From positions 3,596,001 to 3,660,000 of the forward strand of contig JBLDXI010000029.1 in assembly GCA_047495785.1 (NCBI GenBank): a DNA stretch of 64,000 nucleotides, written 5' to 3'. Shown one piece after another: positions 38,551-49,482 of the stretch; position 1 is the stretch's first letter, and every line of letters starts with the position of its first letter. A program made the translations under genes and the position numbers. Below the pieces are notes generated by a model. The model worked only from the letters and a program-made list of their open reading frames with translations. It made no database searches and was not told the DNA's origin. Source of the DNA: Lepidodermella squamata (Eukaryota; Animalia; Gastrotricha).

Positions 38551-41389
38551 ATTTCCTACGGAGGAAATTTAATGCATGGAAAGAATGCTTAATGCAACCT
38601 GCAACCCAAAAATTAAGAATTTTACGACCTGTATGTGTAGAGGAATGTCATGAATAATAAATGAATTCGAGCTCGGTCCGTTCTCGGGTTCCGGGCAACA
38701 AAAGCATAACTAAATTTCGTGATCTACTGCTGCTATATGATGGAAATTTCAAATCGCCTCATTTTTCCATGCGAATATTCTTACTTTAGACGCCGCTGCT
38801 ATGCGTCAATTCGAGAATTTCAATTGTGAGCGGTGAGCATTGGGCGTGTACCATCAACAAAAACAAAGCAAATAGCAAATGCCCGCAGGTAAAGTTAAGA
38901 ATGAAACATATGCATATAAATTTAAGGTGTTTTTGTGGCTTTTTGATCGATTTTGCGATGCGAACACCTTGATTTGGCTACCAAAACACGGCATCGATGT
39001 CTGTTACTCAATCACCAATCACCATCAATGCGCGCGCACACCCGCCTACTGGGGTTGGTGCTAAACAGTCCGATATCCCATTAGATTGGTATACCAGCAA
39101 ATCCCCCTATTGGGTGCTTCTTGCTTATTTTTCTAAACAATCGATTAGTTTCGGTCTATTTTACGCGATATTTCCTCGTCAACTTACGTCATCAAATATA
39201 AACCGCTGATCAATCGCTTTTTTGATTGAAATGGCAGATACCGCCCCGCCCATTTTCTATCGCAGCTGGCTGCATCGACGCCATGGTAGAACCTATACAC
39301 ATTGATATACATGGGTGCCGAGTCGATTTCAACGTGATTCGTGCATTTCGCACTCCCACCTTTAATTCCCACCCTGTTCTGCCGCGTTCAGTTAAGCATT
39401 TATTAGATGATATACTGACATGGCAACTGTTAGCGTAATAGTTAGTTCGGAACTTCGCTTGATGCAAATGTTATGAGAATGAGTATGAGTAAACTTTTAG
39501 AATGGATTACGAGTTTCGCAATCCCACCCAGCCCCATGAGACGTAGCTAGGACGCCGAAGCTAGAACCCTGCCATACAAACTGAAGTGTTGGCGTGTTGC
39601 ATACACGAATATTCTGAATAATTCGAAGGTTGAAATTTAAAAAATTTCAGGGTTTCTCAAGAAGAAAATAAATAAAAATTCATAAAATTATTTAAATAAA
39701 AAGGTGGAAATGTAAAGGGTGCCGGAGAGTTTCAGGTTCCATGGTTACCATGCTGGATCCAGGTTCCAGAAAATAATTGGTCAAGTTACGATGTTGCAAA
39801 GGATGGGCAAGGATTTCGAAATGCAAGTATTTGGGTTGATAAAACTATGTTATTGAGATATTTCTCATAAATTTCCACTTGACGTAATTATTAGTAGAAC
39901 TTTGTTGCGCAATGTCATGGGAACACAGGCTAAGTAAAAAGTAAAACGACTGCGTGCTGTTTTCAATGGTTCTAAATGCATCCACACATAATAGATTAGC
40001 ATTGGGAAATCCTCTCTTAAAAAACTGCCCTCTTATTAATGGGCCTTGGTAAGCTGATGGCGAGGTCAAGCAACGTCAGTCACTGGCAGGTTTGGCGATC
40101 GGCTCGAGCTATATGCAATAATGGCAATTCCCATGGAACCTTGGCTGAATGGCAACAGCTCAGCTATTTAATCGGCCGTTAATCACTGGAATATATTCGA
40201 GGAGAACTGAGCCAGAAGCCTGATGTTGGGATCAGGTTTGGATCAGGTTCATCGTAAAATCTGGACCTCGACCTGGAGCATCAATTTAATCCAACTCGCC
40301 TGGGCTGTTAGAATTGCAAATTTTCATTAATTCCACAATAGGTTATTATTATTTATTATTTATTCCACCTTAAATTTTTATCTGAAAAATGAAAAATGGG
40401 CGGGAGCTTCTGCCCGATTTTTCATTTTGGCAGAAAAGTTCTTATGTTTTCCTTTTCCTTTGCCCTTTAAAAACAACTTGAATGAAAAAATTGTTTCTCC
40501 CGAAAGGGGCGGCCGGAGGCTCTGCTCGATTTTTGAATTGCCAGTGATATTTATTTTCATCTAGCTGTTCTATGATTAAACATGCTACTTGTAATTTTGA
40601 AATTGTTTTTTCTGGCGGTCTTCCTCGGCGAGAATCCCCTGGCTTTGCTGAGTTTAGCGGGGCAAATCATTAGCCTTCTGGTCATCGTGTTGGCATTTTT
40701 ACTGCTAGTGGCTGGAGCGCAGCGTAGAAAGTAGGATTTTTGCCGAGGGGGGGATTGGGTTTTCCTTCCAAAAAAATTGCGCTCGCCAACGCTGCGCGTT
40801 CGCTCGCATGTATCATTATATTTATTTATTTTCATTTGCATTTTCTTATGTCATCCATCGTTTTTTCTTGCTTGAAAAATTTGGATTTCGCGACAAAATT
40901 TTCCATGGGAATAGCCTGAAATTACTAAAAAACAACCCCTTGGATACACCCCCAGCATTCAAAATTAGAATCATCGATGAATTAAATATTCCCTATTTTA
41001 TTTATGAAAAATGAGGTTTTTTGGGTTTTAAGAAATTCGATTTTTGATTCTTTTTAACTAAATATCACAAATGTTCGAAAAACATAACTTGATTCTAGAA
41101 AAAACTAGAGGATTTTTTCATAATTTGTTAACAATTTTGTCTTTATCATCGAATTGGCCATCGAATTCGAAGTGAAATTGATTGGAAATTGACCCTAATA
41201 ATTCGAAATATAGCGGAAATTCATTCCATAATTGATTTCATGGTGCATGGTGCATTATAGGTATGTAAACATTTTCAATATAAGAGCGCTACGTCTCACA
41301 GTCGCTCGCGCTCAACATTTAAAATTATCTCTATAATGCGCGCTTCTACTAAACATAGCCTCGAACCAGGCTTGCAGTTCGCAGTATTA

Positions 41390-41512
41390 GCGCGTGCGCA
41401 TCTGCAACACAATGCGCTCACTGACCACTGAGCGCGCGCGCACATGCAACACGACGCGCACATTATAGAGCGCGCGCAGCAGCCAATACGCGCACACAAC
41501 CATTATAAATAC
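41390..41512 (+). promoter_or_regulatory. Putative transposase promoter (GCGC-rich repeats + TATA box)
   Basis: Repeated GCGCGC/GCGCAC motifs followed by TATAAATA at ~41504, upstream of the first coding exons. Confidence 0.45.
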
Positions 41513-41865
41513 CTAAAAATGGGCCAATCAGCTCTCGAGATGGGTGCCATCCCGGGTGCGCGCCAATGCTGAGACCAGGATGAAGGCACATCCCCCCCGG
41601 GACGACGTTTCGTCCTCACCCAGCTAGGGACGGGGTCTTGCCGAGACTAGGATGATCCCCACCATCCCCCCCCCCCCCTACTTTCTACACTGCTGGAGCG
41701 GTAGTTCTGCTGTTTTGCGTCTTTTCATTCTCTGGAAAAAGAAGTTGGAGAAATGCGTTATTTTTCACCCTACTCTGCGCAGCGGGTAGAGACTTCGATT
41801 TCCTGGCAAATTCAACGAGCTGTATTGAAGATGATGTTCCATACCATGGTTCACATTGGGAGAAA

Positions 41866-44815
41866 ATGGTTTCGCATTGCTGTAGCTCGATTGATCGCGG
41901 GTAATTTGAGAGTGAATAATGACTTTGATCTTCCTAAATTTGCCAATCTTCACTTGAAGATGTTTCAGTTCCGACCCGTTCCATTATCATTTTATGAAAG
42001 CGACGTTGTTATTAAGAAGTGGCGATGTGAGTTTGATGGGAAAATGACCATAATTTAGTCTCTAAATTACCAATTTTAGGTTGAGTCGAATCCAGGCCCC
42101 GGAATAATGAAATTTACTTCGCTCGCAACTGGAAATAGCCTATCAAGTCAGTCTCGCACTACGCTACCTGGGAATGCTTCCTGGCAGGAGGATACAATTA
42201 TTCGGACGCCTCATATCCGCAAAATAAAGGACGAACCTAAGCCAGGTACATTATTGTTTCATTTCGATAGCCTGAAGTTGTACGAGAATTTTTTAGAAAT
42301 TCCCGAAAAACGCGGAAAAACAAGTGTGGAAGGACCGGCTCAATGTGTGGTTATCGTAAACCCGCGCTGTTCTAACAAGGGAATAAGCATAACTAATAAT
42401 TCAACGATTTCTCGACTTGGCACGCCCACAGTGTCTGAACTAAGAGCGGCTGGATTTTCTGGCAAACCCGCTGAAAATCTTCGAGTCGTCCGAGCTCCTA
42501 AAGTCAGAGTTAACAATTCAAATCAAACTTTGACACCTTGTAAATTAGGCTGTTCATCTGTTGTGAAAGAAAATGAAAGATTGCGAAGGGAAAATCGTTC
42601 TTTGATTAATACTTTAGCTGCTTATAGAAGCAGGTCAAAAATGAGAAAAATTAAGAAAAAATCCAAAAATATTCGGCGACGTAATACTAGCACTGGGACT
42701 CAGGCTGATATGCCTACCCAGGTGGTTCATGCTCCCAAACAGCATTTAACAAGTAATGAACTGCAAGACCTGCTATCTCTTCAGCACCGGCTTCGATCTA
42801 TTGAATCAGTCCATGCTATACGCTATTCAAGTAAAGCAGGCGAGGTTCTCATGAGGGTGGCGTTAACCATCCACTCCATTAGTTCGAAGGCTTACGAATT
42901 TCTTCGCGATTCAGGAATACTAATTTTACCTCACTCTTCAACCATAAACTCCGTTACACCAGTCGATTACGAACCAGGAATTTCTGAAAGCTGCCTTAAA
43001 ATGCTAGAAGAGCAGATAAAATCTTCTACTAAACCTGAAACCTATCGATTCGGCCTAATTTCTTTGGATGCTATGTCAATTTCTGGGGGCTTAGAGATCA
43101 TTGACAAAGGCAATACAATTGTTGGAATGTCTCTCGACGAGCCTGGAACACCGGCTACGCAGTGTTTGTCGATCGTACTCAAATTTGTAGAAAACATTAC
43201 TACCGTTAACATAGCTAATTTTCCCATGATAAACATGCCTGTAGATAGAATATCTCTGTTTCTGAAAAAAACTATTGAGAAACTGTATCAATTAGCTACC
43301 CCAGTTATTGTTATCGGTTGGGATGGAGCTGGGGAAAACTGGTCGTTGTACAACGGCCTGGTTAATCATTTCGGATCTGATGGCTTTCCGCATCCTTTCG
43401 CCGACGGCGTCAAGGTTCACCTGCTTTTTGACCCGCCTCACATTTTAAAAATCTGTCGAAATGCTATAATTCATAAAAAGGTCCGTAAATTTCATCTTTG
43501 AAATGAATGTTTTAAAGTTGTTTTATTTTCACAGCTGATCATCGATTTCGCGAAAGTGGACTGGCCGAAATACTCAGCAGTGATGGAGGAAAAGCTAATA
43601 AAAAAGTTTCCAACAACTGGCAAAGGACGAGTCAACTGGGCCTATATCGTCGAAATTTTTGAGCGTGATCGTAATCGCCTAGTTCAGCGGAGTACTAAAT
43701 TATCGCGTCATAGTGTGTACTCCGTTCAACGGAAAAATGCGCCACAGAAGATGAAGGTCTCATACGCGGCTCAAACTCTTTCTCGCTCGGTTGCCATTGA
43801 AATTCTTCTTACTCACCCTGACGATTTGGACGCAGCGGCTACGGCGTTTTTCTGCCTTTTAATTGACTGCTGGTTTGATTGCTTCAACGGTGAAAGCAAT
43901 TCCCAAGGTACTAGCAAGCCGGAGTCATACAGCTGGAAACCCAACCTCGCCCCTTACCAAAGCCCGAACGACAAAAGGTTGATTTGGCTGATAGATTCTT
44001 TTGTACCATTGATAAAACTGATAAATGCTGATAACAAATTTGACAAAACAACGCTATCATGGCAGGCAAATCGAGCATTAATCGAGACCTCCACCAACAT
44101 GGTTGCTCTCATTCGCTTCGCTTTATCGCAGGGTGTCAAGGAATTCTATCCAGCTAGAGCAAATCAAGATGCGAATGAAATGCTCTTTAATCAATTTCGG
44201 CGCGATGGGAATTCATCCAAATCGAATCCTACGTTTCGGGCGAACCAGCGCCGAGCCGGTACATTGCGAGTCGCCGGTGGTTACTGGGGCGTTTCTCGCG
44301 GGGGGAATGTCGAATCCAGGGGTGCCGTTGGATCTTTGGATCTCAAATGTGCTCGAAATTTGAAAAAACTGGCTTGGGACAAGGCGAAAATGTCAAATGT
44401 CCATCGAATTCACCTACCGAATCATTTGACTTTTGATCACAACACGGTAGCCTGGATTTCCGGCTTTATTACCAAAAAACTGGGCCTGAAACCAAGTGCA
44501 GCTTTCCATAGCGATTACGTCGAACTTCGATCGCGTGGCGGTGCCACCCAGCCTAATGGCGACGTTTTATGTGTTGTTAAGGTGGCTCTTTCTGGGTCCT
44601 ATCGTGATGACTTGATTACCTACAAAAACCTGGATGAAGTTGCGCTTCGTTTGGGCCATCAGGTTACAAAAATCAAAGATAAATCGATCATCCTACCAAT
44701 TTTATGTCGGCTGAAATATATCTTGGCCAGAAGAACTGTTCGTTTTTTCCGCGAAAAATTCGGCGCCTCCTCCGTTTCCCTACGATCAAGCTTGAAACAA
44801 TTCAAGAAGGACTGA
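41866..44815 (+). CDS. P-element-type transposase with N-terminal 2A-like peptide; exons (<=41866)-41900, 41960/41969-42026, 42080-43480 (possible in-frame intron 42246-42296), 43535-44815
   Basis: P-family motifs ALTIHSISSKAYEFLR..LPHSSTI, SLDAMSI, WDGAGEN, FDPPHILKICRN, KMKVSYAAQTLSRSVA, NQDANEMLF..NPT; phase-compatible introns; the true start codon is uncertain. Confidence 0.85.
41994..42100 (+). other. 2A/StopGo-like motif MKATLLLRSGD|VESNPGP split by intron 42027-42079
   Basis: GGC GAT|GTGAGT...TTTTAG|GTT GAG TCG AAT CCA GGC CCC; phase-0, 53-nt intron; in frame with transposase ATG 42107. Confidence 0.8.
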
Positions 44816-45297
44816 CCTAATCAGTTAATTAATGTTTTTCCTTTATTTCACTTTCATTGTCTCCAAATTGAACCTTTGTTACGAAACTTCATTAGCCTGA
44901 ACTTTGATTGCTTATTGTTTTCGATGTTTGTCAAGCTTTATTGGCCATTTTACAGCCAAAAATCATTCATTTTTTAAGTCGAGTGAATTTTTCCGTAAAT
45001 TCATAACACGAATTAATCCTTTACTTGCTTTGTCAATCGTCGATTTAGTTCCATGGTAATTATTGTGATTAATCATTATATTTTCGCCATTAAAATTTTA
45101 TTTCAACTCAAGACATAATAAAAAGTTTAATCTGCCTATCATGGTAGAACTGACTCGTTGCTATGACGATCCGCGCGAAAAGTTAATGAGATGATTCATC
45201 TCATTATTTTCAAAAAGTGACCTTTGACCCTAATTATTTCTGACAACACTTTTTTGTCGTAAACAACCCAGCTGCGGCGTCCTAGCTACGTCTCATG

Positions 45298-45545
45298 ACC
45301 CAGCCCAACCAGCCTGCCACGTGAATCTGTAACCACCTATACTCGTAAGATCGCCGACACAAGAGTCAGGTTGACACTTTGAGGGGCACGTGATCTCATA
45401 TAGACATTTCAGTGGGGGTTAGGCAGCCTAGAAAGAGTTACTCACGGTTGATAAGCTGACATTGCAAATCGCTAGTTCGCCCAGCGAAAGTGCAGATTTG
45501 TGAATCGATACGCAAGCATACTTGTTGTTGCAAGATTCCGAAGAA
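45298..45545 (-). pseudogene. LamG-EGF relic (exon 2 + first EGF exon); the EGF exon continues at 39534-39512 beyond the P-like element
   Basis: ACVSIHKSALSL exon with a small deletion; EITCPSKCQPDSCVGDL exon with Cys losses. Confidence 0.7.
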
Positions 45546-45772
45546 ACAATTATGGGAAAAATATCTGATTTATGGAAGTTCCAGGTGGATAGTGTACAAA
45601 CAGAAATGCAAGTATATGCTAGATCATAGGGGATCCTCATCGAGAATCTCCTCTTCGCTTCGTGAATATTTTATAGAATTGAGTATTTATTCCTCTTACA
45701 GTAGAACCCCGTCTGACACGACATCGGGACATGTTTAGGAGCGACTGGACCCACAAAGGGATCTCGTCAGGA

Positions 45773-45934
45773 CAGTGTGCGAAGTACAGGAGGGGGGGGG
45801 GGGGGGGGGTATACGTTATTCGTTACTCTCACCTCGAAAGAAAACCTCAAAAAAAACAGAGGGCCCTTTGGTCCAAAAAATACGGCGCCGGGAATACCGT
45901 AAGTACTCGCCAACTCGAGGTTCCTACTGCACTG
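45773..45934. mobile_element. hAT-type MITE (162 bp)
   Basis: CAGTG...CACTG termini; 8-bp TSD CGTCAGGA at 45765-45772 and 45935-45942. Confidence 0.8.
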
Positions 45935-46319
45935 CGTCAGGATTTTTGTTGAACTTCAAAATTATGCGATTTATTGAATTTTCGCAACCAAAGCCTGAAA
46001 ACTCTGGAAAATTAGATATGACGTGACCTGGAGACAGGTCTGCATGGGGGGGAAACATATACTGCCATTTTAGTGAACGTAAACATTTTAGTGTTTAACG
46101 CACGCTATTTTTTAAGATTTGTCGAGCACACGCCATTTCATCCAAAGATTCGTCAAATTGTCACAGGACGTAACAGAAAGTTAGACATTACAGCAGTGTC
46201 GGTTATTCTAGATTTTCATGCTTCTCAGGAACCGGCAGCATATTTGCTAACCTTGGACACCTTGGATAAAAATAAATGAAGGCATTACGAGAAATTGAGC
46301 CACGTGTGACTCACGTGTG

Positions 46320-47562
46320 AAACAATCCGACCCTGTCCAACCGGCATTGCACGTGCAATTTTGTGGAGCAGTGCAGATGCCTCGAAGGTAGCATTGTTGC
46401 ATGCCGCTAAAGAATGAATGTGTGGTGTAAGCGAAGCGAGATAAACTTCAACCCAACTCAGAGCGCGTTTAAATTTAAAAAAAAAGGTCGACATAATTAA
46501 AAAAAAAATGGGAGAAAGGGGAGGGGGGAAGGGTACCTAGGTTGGGTGTTTTCAGCCCCGAATTTATCTGACCAAAGGGTAAACCTTGTGGTTGTTTGGG
46601 TTTGGTTACCCCCCGTGCCCTTTCCCGACCCCCCTCTCCCGCACTACGCACACTGGTCTCCTATCGCGAGTCGCAAAGATGTAGTAGGTCTAACTTTTAG
46701 GTTTACTCACGGTTGATAAGCTGGCATTGTTGTCTCAAAATCGTCAGTTGGCTCAGCGACAAAGCAGCTTTGTGAATCGAAACGCAAGCATACTTATTGT
46801 TCCACGATGTAGTTGTAGCAATTCTTGAAGAAAACAAGTATATAGTAGTTATATTCTAAGTATGGAGGTTATAGCTAACCTCCTGCCAAGGGTAAAACTC
46901 GTGCCTGTTGGCGGTGGAGGCTGACCAGTTATCAAATAGGTGGCTGTATCGCAGACTACGATATATGAGGAGTTGGTAGCAACGTGAATGAGCGCCACAA
47001 ATTGCCATGTCGCGTAAGTGCACGGCATTTGCCAGTTGTTAGTCGAGCCGTCAGCTGCATAAAGATAATTTGGCGTTGTGTCTACATTGTTGTTGCTATC
47101 ATAACGCCACAAATGGGTTCCCACGGTTCCGTTCAAATTCCATTCGAATAGTCCACCTCTCTGCGGCGCGAAGACGAATCCAGCTATAGTGAAAGAAGAT
47201 GAGCCCATGCCGATTCTAGCATCGTTAATTTCGATCCAACTCGTGTTGTCTGCTTTGTTCGTCTCCCAAGCTGTTCTAGGTGCTCCGAAGGGTCCATCTG
47301 CCAGAACTCCCTGGTTCGTTTTGAATACTGCGTCGATAGAATTGCCTGAGACGTCTCTAGTCGCGAAAAGCTCGTTGAGCGGCCAATATGCGACTGGATT
47401 CGGTAAATTAACGGCTTGATTTAGCTGAAACTGAGCGATATACTCCTGGCCATTAGCTTTTAGGAGAAAGCAGAGAGCATTGAGGAAAAAGCCCGAAGTC
47501 GTGAATGAGTGCATTTTGGTGTAAAAAATCATTCTTCGTTGTTTGTGGATGTTATAAGGCAT
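46320..47562 (-). CDS. LamG-like gene, copy C (LamG + apparently only the last EGF exon; 3' end unresolved)
   Basis: Intact exon 1 (PVAYWPLNE...TWQFVALIH...LGRR), exon 2 ACVSIHKAAL, single EGF exon at ~46322-46408. Confidence 0.6.
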
Positions 47563-48204
47563 TGCAGGTCATGAATAATAAATGGATAAACTCAGCGTTT
47601 TCGCCAGTTTCCTCGCGACAAATCACGCCTATTACAGGCATTTTTTTGTCTTACTGCAGATTCTCAGTTGAGATTCCTGTTCTTAGTTCAATATTTACGT
47701 AGCTATAGTGTTTATAGCCCCTTGCGGTGAGAATTTATCGACATTTCATCAAATCAAACCTGTTGCGGGGCCAGTAAAATATTGAATTTCTCCAGCCATA
47801 GCCAGGATAAAAACGGGCGACGTTAAGCTCAAATAAAAGACATCACCTTATTCCGGACAAGGTAATTCGGGTAGCTTTGACGCAGAATCATTCGAACCCA
47901 ACAGATATGTTCGAAAATATCAGATAGAAAATTGGTAAACGTGTACACGGTTTACACAATAAACACACACGGGAATTGGCGCACACGCCTGTTACGCAAG
48001 TGTGTTTGCACTCGACTTTAGGCAGAAGCGAATAGACCCTTCGGAACACTAAAGCGAAACTTCGGTGACCTCATCAGTAGCTCGCCCTCAGCATGAGTCG
48101 TCCAATAAGGAAGATAGGGTAAAAAACCTCTGAGCGTAAAGGTGGAAAATCGTCGATTATGATGCTATGTTGGCCTTGAAAATTCTAGAGAAAAATTGCA
48201 TTCT

Positions 48205-48306
48205 CGGCTTTCTTCGTCTCCCAAACTGTATGATATGTGTCGACCGATGCCTGAATGAGTCAAGGCAACCACATTTGTTTTGAAAACAGCGGAATTGCCA
48301 GAAACG
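48205..48306 (-). pseudogene. LamG exon-1 relic
   Basis: Degenerate match to the SGNS..VFKTN..WETK-coding segment. Confidence 0.45.
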
Positions 48307-48308
48307 TT

Positions 48309-48452
48309 GATACGACCATCTAATGTGCCGACCGCGATCTATCAGTTGCCCTAAACAAGTTACAAGCTGATATCGATAAGGTCAGTAAATGGCTGGGCAA
48401 CAAAACAGCCTGATGGTTAATGCAAGGAAGTCTCAGCTTATGATACTAGGCG
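48309..48452 (+). mobile_element. LINE (CR1/L2/Jockey-like) reverse transcriptase relic
   Basis: Translates as DTTI*CADRDLSVALNKLQADIDKVSKWL/..LMVNARKSQLMILG, the segment following YADD in non-LTR RTs. Confidence 0.6.
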
Positions 48453-48801
48453 AAGAAGTCGTGACAGGTCTGCGGCTGCACTTTTTTTCTCTTGTAGAGC
48501 TTCCAAACTCCAAACCTGGATATCACGCTCTTTAAATAAAAAAATAAATAACAAATAAACGTGTTGTGTGTCGTGTGCAAAAGAGGTCGTCAAACCCAAA
48601 ATGGACCCAAATATGGAAAACTGATGGCTTGAATCGCATGTATGTCTGACCATTCACCCGGAAAATTGCAGCGGTGAAATTTATACCGAGTCTTCGTTTT
48701 CATCTTGAAAGTTGTTTATTGATATTTGAAAATGTGGCGCCTTGTGAGTAAAAAATGTCATAAATAGAGAATAAATCAGCGATCTTCAGGTTCGCTTAAT
48801 C

Positions 48802-48958
48802 CCAGACCGGCATCTACACAGACGAACAAGGGGGTGAAATCGATTTCACGTTTTTAGCAGCCGAACAACGCCGAGCAGAAAGTTTTAAAAATGTTTTCGC
48901 TGTTAAAAACGTGAAATCGATTTCAGCCCTTTGTTCGGCTGTGGAAATGCCGGCCTGG
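48802..48958. mobile_element. Palindromic MITE (~157 bp)
   Basis: ~55-60 bp imperfect inverted arms (CCGGCAT..ACAG..CGAACAA..GTGAAATCGATTTCACG); TSD unclear. Confidence 0.6.
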
Positions 48959-49482
48959 AATGCTGCTGCTGATTGTTATGCCGGAATTTGGGTGAGTTCC
49001 ATAGGAGTATTCTATGCCGACAAGATGCGTCAGCTTTTCACAGGAGATAACAGGAGATTTTTCTCAGGTTTTATAACGATAGGTTTAACTCTGGGAAATG
49101 CTATTGACAGTTAAGAAATAAGAATACCTAATTGTGTTTTCACGAGAAAATGTAAGAAGTTCGAAGTTGAAAACATTTGCTGGTCGTGCAACGACTAATA
49201 GATTAACAAAATAACGACCTTGTCCAGCCAGTTGCATGGTTTCAATCACTACGGCAGTTAATCCCATATTGGGCAACTGCGGCAGAAAATACAGGTTGCA
49301 AAACATGCAATGAATCACCCAACGTAAAGTCTCACGCCGGAGTCACAATAGCGATCAATTGACAAAACAGCTCGCTCGATAAAGTTCAACTTATAACTTG
49401 TTTAATAATGCCAATACGTAACTTCTTCACGGGAGAGATCGTTGAAGGCTCCGTGGCACATTTTGCTTATCCATATCTCGTG

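Larger units (their letters stand above)
39535..45297 (+). mobile_element. P-like DNA transposon, full length (5763 bp)
   Basis: 23-bp perfect TIR CATGAGACGTAGCTAGGACGCCG; flanking direct repeat ACCCAGCCC (39526-39534, 45298-45306); splits an EGF exon; contains a P-type transposase. Confidence 0.93.

Noticed and set aside
41540-41665. HDV-like or hammerhead ribozyme upstream of the 2A-transposase
   Set aside because: A P2-like pairing (TCGTCCT/AGGATGA) and a minus-strand GGACGAAAC exist, but I could not build P1/P3 of an HDV fold and the CUGANGA core is absent.
41753-42058. 101-aa ORF as the transposase N-terminus
   Set aside because: No THAP pattern; the phase-compatible splice sites and the 2A motif lie in other frames.
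48050-48085. Hammerhead-like CTGATGAG on the minus strand
   Set aside because: Followed by only a 2-bp stem and GAAG rather than GAAA; no convincing stems I/III.
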